From Octopus vulgaris (lineage: Eukaryota), in assembly GCA_951406725.2 (NCBI GenBank), contig OX597822.1:21886001-21950000 (forward strand): a stretch of 64,000 bases of DNA, in the 5' to 3' direction. The notes under the pieces are model-generated. The model was not told the origin of the DNA and did not search any database. It worked only from the letters and a program-made list of their open reading frames with translations. Numbering within the stretch: the first letter of the stretch is position 1; each line of letters begins with the position of its first letter. This document shows positions 35,889-50,346 of the stretch, piece after piece. Both the position numbers and the translations under genes were made by a program.

Positions 35889-37129
35889 GTGGGTGATGAA
35901 TTGGCAGAAATGGTAGCACATCAGACAAAATGTCCTTTGGTATTTAATCATGGCTGCTTTAAGACTGTTGCATGTGGCTTGATTGATCATGATTCGATTG
36001 GCTGTCTTATCATATGATCAATTACCTTTCTAAGAGATCAGTTACTTATTTCTGACTTTTCAAATTGATACAAAAACTAAAACTCTATCAAAATGGGTTC
36101 TTCAAAAAATATCTAAAAATCAGTTTTGTGAGGTTTGTAGTTTATTAAGGATAGATACAGCTCTTGAAAGGAGGAAGAAGAAGTGTAAGAAAAAACATGA
36201 CTTTTTCTTGTAGTTATACACCTTTGAGAGGAAGATGCTTATTGTTATGTTCCAAGGTATTGATGTATGGATAGTGATAATCTTAGTAAGAATGTACTTC
36301 AGATGTGAAGGTCATTTTGTAAATGGTTCCTCATTGAAATGATAGTGAATAACATGAGACTCTTGAGTAACCAGGTTTTACGGAAAATCCTTCAGTTCTA
36401 AACAACAATACAAGTAGAATAAATATAACAGCAATTACGGGGGTATTACACTGTCAGCAACAACAACAACAACAAAAATAGCAGCAGTGGTCAACAACAA
36501 TGATATCTAGATTATAACAGCAACTGCAGTCACAGTTTCTGGGGGGCATGATGAGCCCTGTGGAAAAAAAAACCCTCTCAGTAAATGTTGTACCAACTAG
36601 AAATAACAGCCAAATCTCCCTCAGATTACACCCTACTGATAATGTAGTCCTGGATATAAAAGAAATGAGAGAGTTGTAGTGGAAATATTTTTGATCCAAG
36701 GTCTGCTTAGTCAGAGCCGACTTAGTGTTAAATTTGAAATAAAAAACAATAACAGAACTATGTTGGATGCCAAAAGCAAGAACTACTCTTGCAATAAGTT
36801 TTTCAATATTTACAACAATCAGAAGCAATCAGAAGTACCACAATAACAGAAAATGTCATGATCCTCACTCCTTTAAATTCCATTGAAGAAAGAATTACTC
36901 ATTACTTCATTTGCAAGAATTGGTTAAGATTTTGTTACAGCCTCACTGGGGATGATGATGGATAGCACATCAGTTTTGATGATATGAATTAAAAATGAGT
37001 AATCAGCAGAATATATCATTTAATTACGATTACATGTATCTTTGATTATCTATCTATCTATCTACCTACACACTCACCCACCAACCCATCCATCCATCTA
37101 CTTTTATATGTATATGTGTGCATGTGTGC

Positions 37130-37169
<40 letters not shown>

Positions 37170-38247
37170 TATATGATATAATATAATATAATATATATAT
37201 ATAGAAATAAATGGCTCAGTTTTCCAAGGGAACTTGTACCCTTAACATAACCCTTATGTGCAATCACCAGTACCACCTTGATGCACCTTGATGCTTTGAA
37301 TTACCAGTATGATAAATCTGAGTTTCATACACTTATGATCTATCTAGTTTCACTCACAGGTCTCAGATTGATCCAAGGTTATTGTAAAAGATAGCTACTG
37401 AGCTAAGGGGTTTAATATTGTTGTTAGATTAGAATCTAGATTGTGAATCCAACTTCTTAAATATCTGGCCCCGCTTTCATAATTCAATCAGAATTAGAAA
37501 TACCATAGTGTATTACTTGGATCCCATTTGCTTTATTTCTTTTTATTTCCTAGTGAAAAATAAATCACTTCTATTTCACTGTTAAGTGGAGGGACATCCA
37601 GGGAAAATAGGTCGTCTATTAATTCATATACAAATATTGAGATCAAACAAGGTCATATAAACCTCATCTTACCAAACTATATCTCACTCTACAATAAATA
37701 TCTTCTCTTTGCATCCAGATTGATTTTAAAATACAAATTAAATATTGATTTACTACATTGATGTCTCTTACGAAAAAACAAGAAGAAAAAAACGGCTGTC
37801 ATTGCAGAAATTCTGCATGCCACTAATCCCTACTTATCGAGTATCATGGCTAAATATAACATTTTTTTTTTATTTATCTTACAGTCGGAAACCTAACCCT
37901 ATTTTTTTTTGCTTTTGTTTCCTTACATGGTGTTATTTACAAAGATTCACTTGGACAGAAATTAATCTGTTAGCAAGTTGGAGAAGCCAAATGTATGAAA
38001 TGAAAGTTCAGTCACAAAGTAGAAAGAAAAAAAAAAGAAACAGAGAGAATGGACAGACAGACAAATGGATTGATGGATGAAGAAATAGATGGATAGATAG
38101 ATAGACAGAGAGAGCGAGACAGACAGACAGAGAAATCAGCAGGTGCCTACACTAAGAGAGTGAGAGAGAAACACAGATAAAGGGACTGTTTATAAGTTGG
38201 TACGAAAGTATATATATATGTGACTGCATGTATATTGTTGGCAATTT

Positions 38248-38420
38248 TCTTTCTCCGTCTTCCCTTCCCTGGACCTTCCCTTTTTCTATGTTTCTGACGA
38301 AGAGTTCCGCTCGAAACGGGAAATCCTCCTTCTTTCTTTCCTTTCCTGAGCGTCCAATAAGACTATACTTGTTCCACGTCCTCACGTTGTTGTTTTCTCT
38401 TTGTTCATGTTTAGATTAAC

Positions 38421-38422
<2 letters not shown>
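38248..38422 (+). mobile_element. Repeat family D copy with HHR core
   Basis: GTTT-CTGACGA-AGAGTTCCGCTC-GAAAC at 38290-38317. The cleavage-side sequence is mutated (GGGAAAT). Followed by (TA)n. Confidence 0.75.
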
Positions 38423-38457
<35 letters not shown>

Positions 38458-38462
38458 CCACA

Positions 38463-38517
<55 letters not shown>

Positions 38518-39789
38518 GTGTGTGTGTACATATACATTCTCATGCACACACACATATACACAATTAAGTAATGGTAATTGTCAGAGATTAATGACAAAGA
38601 TATGAAGGGTAAGTAGTTACAGAACAGTGAGGCAATTTCTCATTTTTTACTTTCTGTTTACGTTATGCATCAATGAAAAATAGTGTTGTTGGTTATAAGT
38701 TTCCAACAAGGCAATCCCTGGTTCAGTGCATTTAGAATTAAATAATCAGAAAGGTAATTCTCTTAACCTAAGCTGTCTTCCAGAACATTCCTATTTAAAG
38801 AAAATATATAATAACAGATGTAGTATAGACAAGGTAACGTAAAATAGCGTAAAATATAGAGTAAAGAGCTAATGTTTTTGAAAAGATGTTAAACAAGGAA
38901 CTTAAGATTTGTATCTTTGTCTCTTCTCTCCAGAACTTTCAGTCCTTTTCTATGAGACAGTATGTTTTTAAAATGGGCAAAATCCTTACCCTTCCAATAA
39001 CTGGCCAACTTTGTCACTTTCAGTTTCTTTTCATTGTATATAACCAATGAGTATGGTGTCAGTAGAACAAAAGCTGTTGGCTGTTCGTTTTTCTCCATCA
39101 CTCATCAGTCATGTTTCCTCTTTGAAATCTTTAGCAAAAGCAGCACTGCTTTAACCATATATAGTCTTAATACCATGTTGCATTCCAATTTAACCTTTGT
39201 ACACATACATCATTTGAACTCAACTAGTAGATTTCAAGCCATCTTTTACTGTTTCTGTGAGCAGAGATATGTAAACAATTTCCAGTCAAACCAAAACAAT
39301 GGAAACTTTTGCAGTATAACTAAAACACAACCACTATTTATATATATATCAACAGAATAATCTAGCAAGAGAACACATTGCCCATATTAAAGATTGTTTT
39401 TTAATTTGTTTTACGAATTTCTTGATGTGAAATCGTTCTACTGTGTGTAACCCTTTGTCAAGCTGGTGTCTACATAACTGTATTACATATAAGTATACAC
39501 AGCCATATTTAAATCATTGCTGTTTAGTGTGCCTTTAATTGATTAATTAATTAATTTCAGCTTGACAAAGCTTTGCATATACCAGCAAATTTATTATTTG
39601 CTGTTTACATATAGGAGTAAGGGTACTGAATGGAGTATGAATGATGAATTCAACATAACTGATGAAACATAACATTATAGATTGCCTAACAGTCTGGGAC
39701 CATTACCACATCAAAGGTCATTCCCCATTTGAGTATACCTTACCATGTTAAATAAATATATACATGGCTTTACTTTCATTAACTAGATG

Positions 39790-39864
<75 letters not shown>

Positions 39865-39937
39865 ACTACTACTACCGCCACCGCCACCACCACCACCACC
39901 ACCACCACCAATAGTAATAATAATAATAATAATAATC
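39790..39937. repeat. Compound trinucleotide microsatellite (CTA/CTG/CTA/CCA/TAA)
   Basis: Directly visible; abuts the 3' end of a family B SINE. Confidence 0.95.
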
Positions 39938-39939
39938 AC

Positions 39940-40156
39940 CCTTTCTGCTATAGGTACAAGGCCTGAAATTTTGGGGGCAGTGGGCTAGTTGATTACATTG
40001 CCCTCAGTGCTCAATTGGTACTTATTTTGTTGGCCCCCAACAAAATGACAGGCAAAGTTGACCTCAGTGGATTAAATATCACTAAAAATGGACAAAATAC
40101 CACTAAGCATTTTGTCTGGTGTGCCAGTTTTCTGATTCTGCCAGTTTTCTGCCTTA
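39940..40156 (-). mobile_element. SINE family B copy (degraded)
   Basis: Similar to 2644-2860. Further degraded copies at ~11050-11190, 41545-41768, 43900-44090 and 54015-54100. Confidence 0.7.
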
Positions 40157-42378
40157 ATAACAACAACCACAACAACATTAATAATAATGATATTAATAAA
40201 TAGGAAATATGATCAGTGAATGTGTTTTTATTAGCAAAGTGATCCTCTCAAATTAAAAAAGTATTTAAAAAATCCTCAAAGATATAACAAATACTTATTC
40301 TCATAATATTTTTCAAATTTTTTATGGTAACTTTAAATCTGTAACATTTCAAACACTGCTTCCCGAAGAGTATACTTCCTTTTCCTTTTAGGATATATTC
40401 TTAAGTTTACATCAGTTTCTGGTGCTCTACAAAGCTATAGTTTAACTTCTACTAGAGTATTATTTACTTATCTAGCACTTGTGATGTTCCTACATATTAA
40501 CATCTGAGACTGCATCCAAAGTAGAGTCATCCCTCATGATTAATAAAGATTCATTCACTAATATATTTCATCTATAGACTCACTGACGTGCTGTTTCTTC
40601 TTTTTGTTTCTTCAACCTCTACTGCAATGCTCTTTGCTTCACTGAACTTACAAGCTGTATACTAGCTTCATCAAACACTCAGAGGATACATTTCTTTTCC
40701 TTCACATAAAAATTCTAAGCTAAACTCTGATTTCAATTGGCCCACCCCCACTGCAATATCCAGAGCTATGTGACTGTGGGATGGAAGGATTGAACTAAGA
40801 TTTCTCAATGAAAATTAGTATCCAGATATTCAGGCCAAATACACCACCTGAATCAATCTCACCAGTGCCAAGTTGATGAGGGAGCTGCTGCAGAGTCAAT
40901 AAGCCAGTTAGAAATAGAAATCAAATCTCTCACAAATCTCACATAGCATCTTATATAATAAATGGGGCAGCTATGACTGAATGCTTTTGATCATAGGTCT
41001 TCTAAATCTGGGATAATCACACGTAAACAACTGTAATGCCTTCCTGTCTGGGATGGTTCGTATAGTGCAAAAGTTGTACTCTGCTTCCTCCTACAAATTT
41101 TGAAAAAAAGTTTCTTATAAACTGTGATGTTATTGCTATTAGAAATATTATATAAGATGCATAAGAATAACATGGTTTCTAATAGTGGTGAAAGGCAATG
41201 AAATGGATGGGAAGGGCATAAGTGATCAAGTTGATCCAAAAACTAAACGGTACTCTATGAATTCATCGTGGATGAATGTGTGTAGCCTAGTGGTTAGGGT
41301 ATCAGACTTACTACCATCAGGCTGTGGTTTTGATTCCCAGATTACTCAGCAAAAACGAGTAGCAGCAATAGCTGGGGGATTTATTCTGAAATAGACTGGC
41401 ACTCCATTCAAGAGTAAATATTGCATTCTTAGTTTGTTTGTACACCAGGAAAACTGGGATAAGCTCCAGCCTGTTGGCTCATGACACATCTAGGTCATAT
41501 ATGTAAACCTAATTAGAATTTGCCATCAGTATGTCAGTAAATATTGGTTTCAAATTCTAGGGTACAAGGCTAGCAATTTTTTTTTTGGGGGGGGGGCTAA
41601 GTTGATTACATCAATCCCAGTGCTCAATTGCTACTTATTTTATCAACCCTAAAAGGATGAAAGGGAAAGTTGACCTTAGTGGAATTTGAACTCAGTACAT
41701 TAAATCAGATGAGATGCCATTAAACATTTGCCCAGCATGCTAACAATTCTGCTAGCTCTCCACCTTATATGTCATTAAATATTTTAGATTTGTAAGAAAG
41801 CTACATGTTTTAGGGTTTATAGTGATTCCCTCTAAATTGACTGATGCTTCAAATCTCAGATGAAGAAAAAGCATAGCTGACCTATTTGGGATTTGAACTT
41901 GAATCTTAAAAAGACCATTTCTGAATACTGCCATTCAATTTGTCCAGTGTATTACCAATTCTGCCTTGAATCACCAGTCTTTAGAATGATATTCATAATA
42001 TGACCATTATAAATTGGATTAATTCTTTGAGAAATTTCCTTTGAGTTGATCTGATAATCTGACATGAAAAGTATTTCTTCCTGCAATGAATAAACTGTTC
42101 TCTCAATAAACGTGATAGAGACAAAACAGTTACCAGAAAAATAAAATAAAAAAGCAAAACAAAATTCAACAACTGGATATTAAAGCAAATACGTTCGTGA
42201 TGAATATAAAGTGGTACAGAAAGCAACCAAATCAAAACTTTACTAGAAAATTCTGTTCTTCAAATAGCTTTGGTGGAAAATGTTTGTGGACATTCTGCAT
42301 AGCTGCATGAATTTGCATATTTAAATATTCACAGACTTGCATACATGTGTCTTTCTGTCTGTCTATCTATCTATCTTT

Positions 42379-42412
<34 letters not shown>

Positions 42413-42590
42413 TATACATATATGTATGTATGTACATATATGTGTGTGTGTGTGCATGTGTGTGACTGAGCATGTGTAACTATATATATATATGTATGCA
42501 TTTATGTATATGAGTGAGTGGACAAATGGGAGAAAATTCACTCAATGCATTTAGTAGGCAGGTAATCTGAGCCTGAACAAACTAGGATTC

Positions 42591-42824
42591 TTATTTCTTT
42601 TCTACCCACAAGGGGCTATACACAGAGAGTACAAACAAGAATAGACAAAGGGATTAAGTCAATTATATCGACTCCAGTGCGTAACTGGTACTTATTCAAT
42701 TGACCCCGAAAAGATGAAAGACAAAGTCGACCGTGGCGGAATTTGAACTCAGAACGTAGCGGCAGGCAAAATACCGCTAAGCATTTCGCCCAGCGTGCTA
42801 ACGTTTCTACCAGCTCACCACCTT
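42591..42824 (-). mobile_element. SINE family B, well-preserved copy
   Basis: CpG-retaining copy (GACCCCGAAAAGATGAAAGACAAAGTCGACCGTGGCGGAATTTGAACTC). A TSD-like AACTAGG(A/T)TTCT lies at 42580-42591 and 42825-42836. Confidence 0.85.
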
Positions 42825-44139
42825 AACTAGGTTTCTGGTAGAAGCCCACCAAAGTTGCATAGAGCCAAATCAAACTGTTTTAAATAGCAATAATAAGATA
42901 CGTGTGTGCGCGTGTGTGTACACATTCACGCACAATATATACTTCATTTGCCAACAGATTCAGCAGTTTTAAATTACCATTAAATTTGTGAGTTGTAAAC
43001 ATTTTATACTCAGTGTCTTAAATGTTTGCTGACAACTACTTAAACTTCATGTTCCAGGGAAAATACCTGACTCGTGGGATTGAACTTCTTTCATCCATCA
43101 AGTTTCTTTAGCATTAGTCACCCATATTACATCAGAATTCAGAAGATTTGTTACTTGTGAGTGAATGAATACTGTCTCAACATCGGCAGTATATAAGAGT
43201 ATTAATTGTGAATGAATATAATTAATATAGATGGGGTAGTAGCTCCATTATACCAAAGCATAAGTTATGTGGTTTGATTGTCAGCAATTATTAAGTTGCA
43301 AAAAGAGACTGAAGTAATTTGAAAGATCTACGAAGGTGTCTAAAATTTCAAGTTGGTGTTAGTGCTGTTTGGTATTTTTTGAATGTCTAAAAAGTTTTAT
43401 TAAATTATCCAGTTTTGGTGGTGTTATTTGATAGGGGATTAGATATATGCTAAACATTGGTTTCAAAGGAGGAAGAGAGTAGAGAGTGAAGCTGTGCCCA
43501 GCTGGATAAATTCCTGAGTTGTGATACTGTTAATCTGATGTAATTGGTATTCTCCAGTTAGACAGGATGAATTCATGTGTATGGACATACAATGTGAAAA
43601 ATAATCTTTTAGTGTTTAGGTAGTAATTGAGCAGTATGTTTGTTCTGTCTGCTATACATTTCCTCAGTCTATGTGCGCTTGGTATTGATTTATCCAGGGC
43701 CCTCCATTTGATGCTAGAGCTGATGGCAGTCTTTCAATTTCCAGATGAGGCTGCCTAACTTCCTCTATAATGTGACTTATAGAAGATATATTAAAAAGAA
43801 GAGAGAGAGAGATTTGCAATCATCTATAGTTACATTTGACAATAAAGTACAGTGGACAAAAGAGCAATTGGATAAGTTAGATTGAATAAGTTAGTGTCCA
43901 TTATTGGTTTCAGATTTTGGCACATGGTTAGAAATTTCAGGGGTGGGGGTAAGTTGATTTTATCAACTCCCGAAAAGACAAAATGCAAAATTGACCTCGC
44001 CAGAATTTTAACTCAGGATGTAAAGATGAATAAAATGCCTCTAAGCATTTTACCTGATATGCTAACAATTTTGCCAGCTTGCGGCCTTACCAGTGTCCAT
44101 TATTAACAATAGTTTTAAATGTCTTTGACATTTGTTTTG

Positions 44140-44900
44140 CCATGCTTCCATAGGTAGGTAGTTCTTCTGCAGCCCTTTATAATGCCAATCAACTTGGTCC
44201 TCTGTCTTCCTGGGTTTCCCTCTACATCAGCTGCAAGTGCCTGGTATACAACATTTATCATCAATATGCACCACATGCCTATACTTGCACAATTTTCCCT
44301 ATTGCGCACTGCATCAGTCTCCTTTTCTCTCAGTGTATTCTGTCTGTCCTCTAACACTAACATTTTATATCCTGCAAAACATGCTTTCAATAATCACAAA
44401 TCCCCAGCATTCAGTACCCAAGTCTCAGTACCATACATCAACACATTTCATAAACAATCATCATCATGCAATCTTTTTTCCACTTTGAGAAGGAAACCTT
44501 TATGTGACTGGTTGAGGTAAAAGCACCCTGAAGTTTTTCCAGTCAGCTTTTACTTTGGCTAGTATACTTTCGGAATACTCACCTCCACCACTAATCAAGT
44601 CCTCTAATTCACAAATGCTACCAGCTACTAAAATGCCTTCTGGGCATTTGAGAGAATCTATTTCTCATGCAATGGGCCAATTGTTTTCTGTCAAGTATGT
44701 GTTTTCATTCTTGGTTACAAGATTTGACTGTGATACGGGAATCCAATTTGCAATGTCAATTTGGTCTTCAGTAGTTATCGTTCCCCAGTAACTACCTTTT
44801 CTCTTCTTGGTACCTTCCCACCATGCATGTTTCTCACACCTTTAGCAAAAGTTTCAGCTTCAGTCATGTAGGTTTAGTCAGTTTAGTTCTTTCTTGAAAG
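44140..44900 (-). mobile_element. Degraded RTE-clade LINE ORF 3' fragment
   Basis: ICELEDLISGGGEYSESILAKVKADWKNFRVLLP and ...DAVRNRE...VEGNPGRQRTK resemble the RTE motifs FCYLGD.IS.GGG...W.KFRELLP and VEG.R.RGRP. Confidence 0.65.
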
Positions 44901-46429
44901 TATCTGCCTATGATACATTCTAACCAAAATCTTTCCATTCATTCATAGATCTTAGAAAAGGACAAGAGGTTTTCTAGCAAGACATAATTCTTATTAAGAT
45001 AATGTTTTTCTTTGTCTTCCTGATAAATATTGTAAATTAGAAACAAATTGTAATTAATGCTGGTTTGTTCTAATATTTTCCTGATAACAAGGTTTTGTTT
45101 TAGTGTCTTGAATTCATGCTTTGAGATTGTTAAATTTCTCTCAAGATTTTGGAATATAAAATCTCCATACATTCTTGTTAAATTTTCCTTGAAGAGTAAC
45201 TAAAGTTCTGTGAAGTTATTATTCACTTTATACCTAATGTATGTATACCTGACTGCTTGCCTGTAACTACTTGTTCTCTTCTGCTTTTAATTTCTTCAAG
45301 TCTTCTTGAAAAGAAGGAGCTGGTTTCTAATACTGCTCCATCATTGGAATGTAGATAACAAAAGCAAATTCATACTTTAAACTTGAGAAAAGATTTGCAT
45401 ATTTTACTGTTCAATTACAGACTGTATTTGTAACATCTGAATTTGCTGGTTGAGTTCTTTTTCTGAAAACCCTAGCTTATCCAGATTGTCACTTAGGTGT
45501 TTACTGGCAAAACAAAGTGCATCAAGTATAATTGGTATAATTGTGAATTTATAATCTGGATACAGAAGCTGAAGGTTTCAAAACAGCTGACCTATATTCA
45601 TCCTCTTTCCCATTGATTTTTGAAGAGATAACCACATCAGCAGGACAGCTAACCTCTATGTCAGTGCTTGCTTTTTCTTGTCTGTCCCAAATAACGTTAT
45701 CTGGCCTGTTATGTTTACATTTGACAGAAGTTTTGATGTGAATATTGCACCAATATTCTTTTATGCATACATGCATGCATGTATGTATGCAGGTGCATGC
45801 ACATGCATGTGTGTATGCATACATATGTATGCATGCATGCAAACTTCAATTAGCAGAATTAATTTGTTCAGTAAAAATTTGTTCTAATTGAAACTATGTT
45901 AATTGCACATTTTAGTATATAAGAAACACTTCAACAATTAGTTTAAAAACATTCAAAGTAATTCTTTGAAGTTTTTTTTAATGCATTTTGATGCCATATT
46001 CCAAACTAATACAGCAATAAAAGATAATGAAAATGAATTTAGTATTCAATAGTTTATTAGAAATGAGACAATATGCTATGCTGTAGAGTGCATTAAAACT
46101 AAAGGAATGAAAAAGTACTTTTACCTTTACATTTTCCCAGGCCATTTGAGCAAAATTTTTATAATTTTTCTTTTTATCACTATAAATTTCCTGCAGCTGC
46201 AACAGCATACTTTGAATTATGCCAAATGCATGTTTATTGGCAGTTAGGACTGATATCTATTATTAATTCCTTGGACTTTTCAAATTCCCAAACCATCAAA
46301 TCAGCCAAAATCTTTTACTGTCAGTTCCTTCATTTGTTCTTTCTCATTGATATATTGCTTGTTGGATGCATCATATACATACTGTTGATCCAGTTTAAGA
46401 TGGTCATGTTCAGTCAATTCTTTCAAATG

Positions 46430-47700
46430 TGATTCAAGAAATTATGAAACATTGTAACATATATTTCCTTGAAACCAATCTTTCTTCTAATGGCTGCTAT
46501 ATATATTTTTTTATTTCCTATTTCATCCTGTTGGTAAATGTCAGTGAAATCATTTAATGCAACGTTATAAAATATATTTCTAAATGGGTCATGTTTTGTT
46601 TTCCTTTCACTTAAGATTCATTAATATTTTTAATGGCAACATTTACATTAAATTGTTTCAAATTTGTACCAACAAAATTTGCATTTTCTCCTATTTTAAC
46701 TTCAAATGCTTGTAAAATGCTTGCAAAGCAAAAACAAAAATAAAAACATGAAAAAGATTTAAATGTAACAATTACCTCTTGGTTTATTTGCTGTAAAATG
46801 ACTGTTATGCTCGCAGTCAAAAATATGACTTACACATGTTTATCTAAATCTCCAAGTTCAGTGAGATGTCCAGAGTCATTCTCCAAGTTTAATAAAAAAA
46901 AATACTACTTTTCTGCAGCCAAGAAAAATGAAAATAAAAACCACTCTTCAACAAATAATTTAGTCATCCATTCTGTGTTGTTGGACTGACAAATAATGCT
47001 AAAGATTCTTGGTTGTAGCCTTTAAGAACTGTATGGATCTGTGTGTGATACTCAAGCACAGGATTTAGCTTAAAGTTACCTTCAGCATTTTCTTCCAATA
47101 AAAGTGTTAAGTAACTTTCAACACATAAAATTCAGGTTGCATTCTACAATAAAATGGCTTTTGAAGGTATTTTTTTCCAAAATAGGCCTGTTTCATTCAC
47201 AATTATTATTATTATTTTTATTTTACTAAAATCTCTTCAATCCTTATTATTTTCTTTAAACACTGATATATTTTTCTGCTGAATTTTTGTCTACACTTTA
47301 CAAACGTGAATTCTTGTTAAGAGTTTTGAATCTGTCAAACCAACCAGAACTAATGTTAAAAGTATCTTCAGTTTCTGCTAGAATCTCATTTTCTTTCATA
47401 AAGTTTTCTTTAATTGCAGAAAAAGAACTTAACGCTTTCAGTTTAATGGTGGTTCTTAGTGCTGTTCATCCACAAAGACAAAAGATATTCTGCTTCCATC
47501 ATGACACTCAAGTTGATACAGTTTTAATTTTACCTAAAAATCATCTGTTTTTCTCATAATTGTTCACACTGTTGCTTCAATTATTCTTAAGCCTTATTTT
47601 ATTTTTGTTTTACTGTCAACACATTTACATTTTCTTTTATAACTTGCAATTTTATCAACTGGAGTTAACATTATCTTCTTCTCAACAGAGCCTCTTTATA
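46430..47700 (-). pseudogene. pogo/Tigger (CENP-B-like) transposase pseudogene
   Basis: Minus-strand remnants: LLSLWM; FNISSGWFDRFK (HTH); VNETGLFWKKIPSK; SNRTEWMTKLFVEEWF; LLNLENDSGH; VIFLTASITVILQQINQEVIVTFK. Confidence 0.8.
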
Positions 47701-48549
47701 GATAGTCATTGATAATAGATTATGCATCTTATTGTATTTTGCGGAGTGGAGCAACACAATCACCACACAAAATCACAAGATTTTCAGTGATAATATCAAA
47801 ACATAACTATGTAAGTCGACATCTGAGAATACATCAGAACAATTTAGCATAAATATATGTATATATAACTACACAAACACATAATTCTATAAACTTGAGG
47901 GTATGTACTGCATTGATCAGAGTGCTGATTTTGAGGAATAACCTTAAAGGATCACCCAGTATTGGAGCTTTAAGGCCACCTTAGATGTTTCTCACATATT
48001 TTCTTGAATTCTACCAATGTGTAAATTCTATTGTGGAATGCTCGTTTAATTAACAGGACTATAGCATATACCTACTGACCTAAATCTAAGAAATTGTTCC
48101 CTATTTTAGGAAACAATATAAGATCTACCTTGCTATGGTTTGGTTAGAAACTGAATAGCCTTCTTGAAGAAAATTGATTTTTTTTTTTAGCTCATAGCAT
48201 TGTGGTTGTATATGCACCATTGATTTCTTTACTTTTATATATAAGAATTACAGAAATGATATTTCACTGGAGTAAAAAATACACCACATATGAAGTGAAG
48301 GTGAAATAGATGACACACAGAACAAGGTATTCTGAACAATGTTCTTTTCATGACCGGACTAGATGATTCAAAGACAGTATCTATATCAGGTTTTAATGTC
48401 TACATCACAGTATCTTTTGCCCTGGAAATAATGTTTTGTAGTAGCCATGTATCAGGAGATTACCTGATTTAATGGTTATTGGTTGTCAGTGTCTAATATG
48501 CAGCACATATTTCTAGTGTGGTAGAAAACATTGGATTTGCTTTTTGTGC

Positions 48550-49620
48550 TTGCATGTGCAACTGCATTACATTCTACAATGGAATATGGGAATGGCCTAT
48601 TCTTCTGGAGAGAAAGTTTAAGAGACACCACAACTTCTTGTTGCAGAGATTGTTGTTTATCAGTTATTGTCTAAGCCTTGCATTGTAATATTTTGTGCTT
48701 CACTCAACCATATTGTTGTTGTGCCTTTCATTTGTAAAATTTCATTTGTTCTCTGGAATATTAATCTTCTTCAATCAATGGATATGGTGGTATTTTCTTT
48801 TTTGGAAACCATTCTATATTTGTCTGTAATTCAAGCTCTGTAACTTAGATTTCCTTGGCTTGAAAGCTTCTTTGGCTTTGCTCATAATTGTTGTCATCCA
48901 AGAACACATTTTCTTAGCTTCTCAGTAAAGGATAGCTGACCAGTCAGCTGTGCTAAAGAATGTTGAATGTCCAAAATGTCTTCTTTTTTTTTTTGTAGCA
49001 CCAAAAATTAATTTCATGATTTGTCTTATTATCCAATGCTGATAAAAACATTTAATTTGATCAGCACTGGTTTAGTGAAAGGAGCTCAGATGTGGTATAA
49101 GTGTGGTACAGGTAGATTTGTTAAAATAAGATCAAGTATCTTGTCTCTTTTGGTCGATTCGTTTATAATCTGCTGTAAACAAAGTTAGTGAAAGAGTTGT
49201 GCAATATTCATCTATGTCTGTTGCTCAGTTACCAAAGCAGTCCTAATGGTAGGTGCTTCACAACAGACTGTGCTCTGAACTTGAACCACTTTCATAACAT
49301 CCAGTGGCATCACAAGATATTACAGTTATAACAACCAGTGATTTCAAAGAAAGATTTAAGCAACACATGTGCTCTTTTAGATGAAGGCATTGGGACTATC
49401 CATTTCCTTATCCAGCTTAAGCTAGGGACTGCAACAAAGAAAATTACTTCTCAAACACCACATTGAGCATCCTTGACAGAACCTCTCCTTGCTTACTTGG
49501 AGTTCATAGTTACCAAATCTGCATCTGTGAGAAAATGCATATACTGCAACAGCCTGTTGTATCCATCAACAAGAAAACTCATCTATTATATAACAAATAC
49601 TGAAGATGCAACCTGTTAAT
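48550..49620 (-). mobile_element. Very degraded CR1/L2-like LINE endonuclease-region fragment
   Basis: LCLQQIINESTKRDKILDLILTN (~49120-49190) resembles the APE C-terminal motif Q...PTR...ILDL.LTN. Boundaries are uncertain. Confidence 0.45.
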
Positions 49621-50174
49621 GAACTTCAAACAAATGGTTGCTGAAAAGATTACCTTACTTCTAGTTAACTCATGCACAGCTTCAGAATACACAATATCTG
49701 TTTTCCAATAGTGAGACTTTTTCCCTTTTGCATACCATCACAGTAACCACCATTACCCACCAAAAATTAAAGCCCAAATCTATGCTTGACACACAAATTG
49801 ATGTGTAATCTAACGCCACCTGTACTATATAGAGTATCAGTATCTGACATCATTAAATTCTCAAACCTTACAGGTTGTTAACTATCAAACACCAACAGAT
49901 TGTCACCTCTACTATATGGAATCATATATAACATAAAACTGTTTATACAACTTAAATGAATGGAGGCCCAAATATTCAAAATGTTTTTATTCAGTCTGCA
50001 TACACTGGAGCATGTAGATGTACATCTGTGCCAACGAATCTTTAAGTAATGTATAACTGTATCAGTCTTATATCCACTATTAATAACTCCAACTAAATGC
50101 AATGAGTACCAATTTTTCATTTTTCACTTGTTTGTAGGTGAAAAGTATATGTGAATAAGTATATTCAAATATGC

Positions 50175-50178
<4 letters not shown>

Positions 50179-50235
<57 letters not shown>

Positions 50236-50305
50236 TGAATATATATGTATATCACTATGTATATATATATATATAGAGAGATGAATATATATATATATAT
50301 ATATG

Positions 50306-50346
<41 letters not shown>

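Noticed and set aside
35629-35990. Poly-N/S, poly-L and poly-I/A/V ORFs (also 39748-39939, 19949-20335)
   Set aside because: Trinucleotide microsatellite artefacts
38889-39360. Natural-looking ORFs 38889-39101 (-) and 39034-39360 (+) as a host exon; CTGATGA on the minus strand at ~39102
   Set aside because: No recognisable domain or splice support; the HHR-like box lacks GAAA and stems
43070-43600. Possible APE endonuclease remnant on the minus strand (GD-NAK-like)
   Set aside because: It rests on a single frameshifted motif, too weak to call
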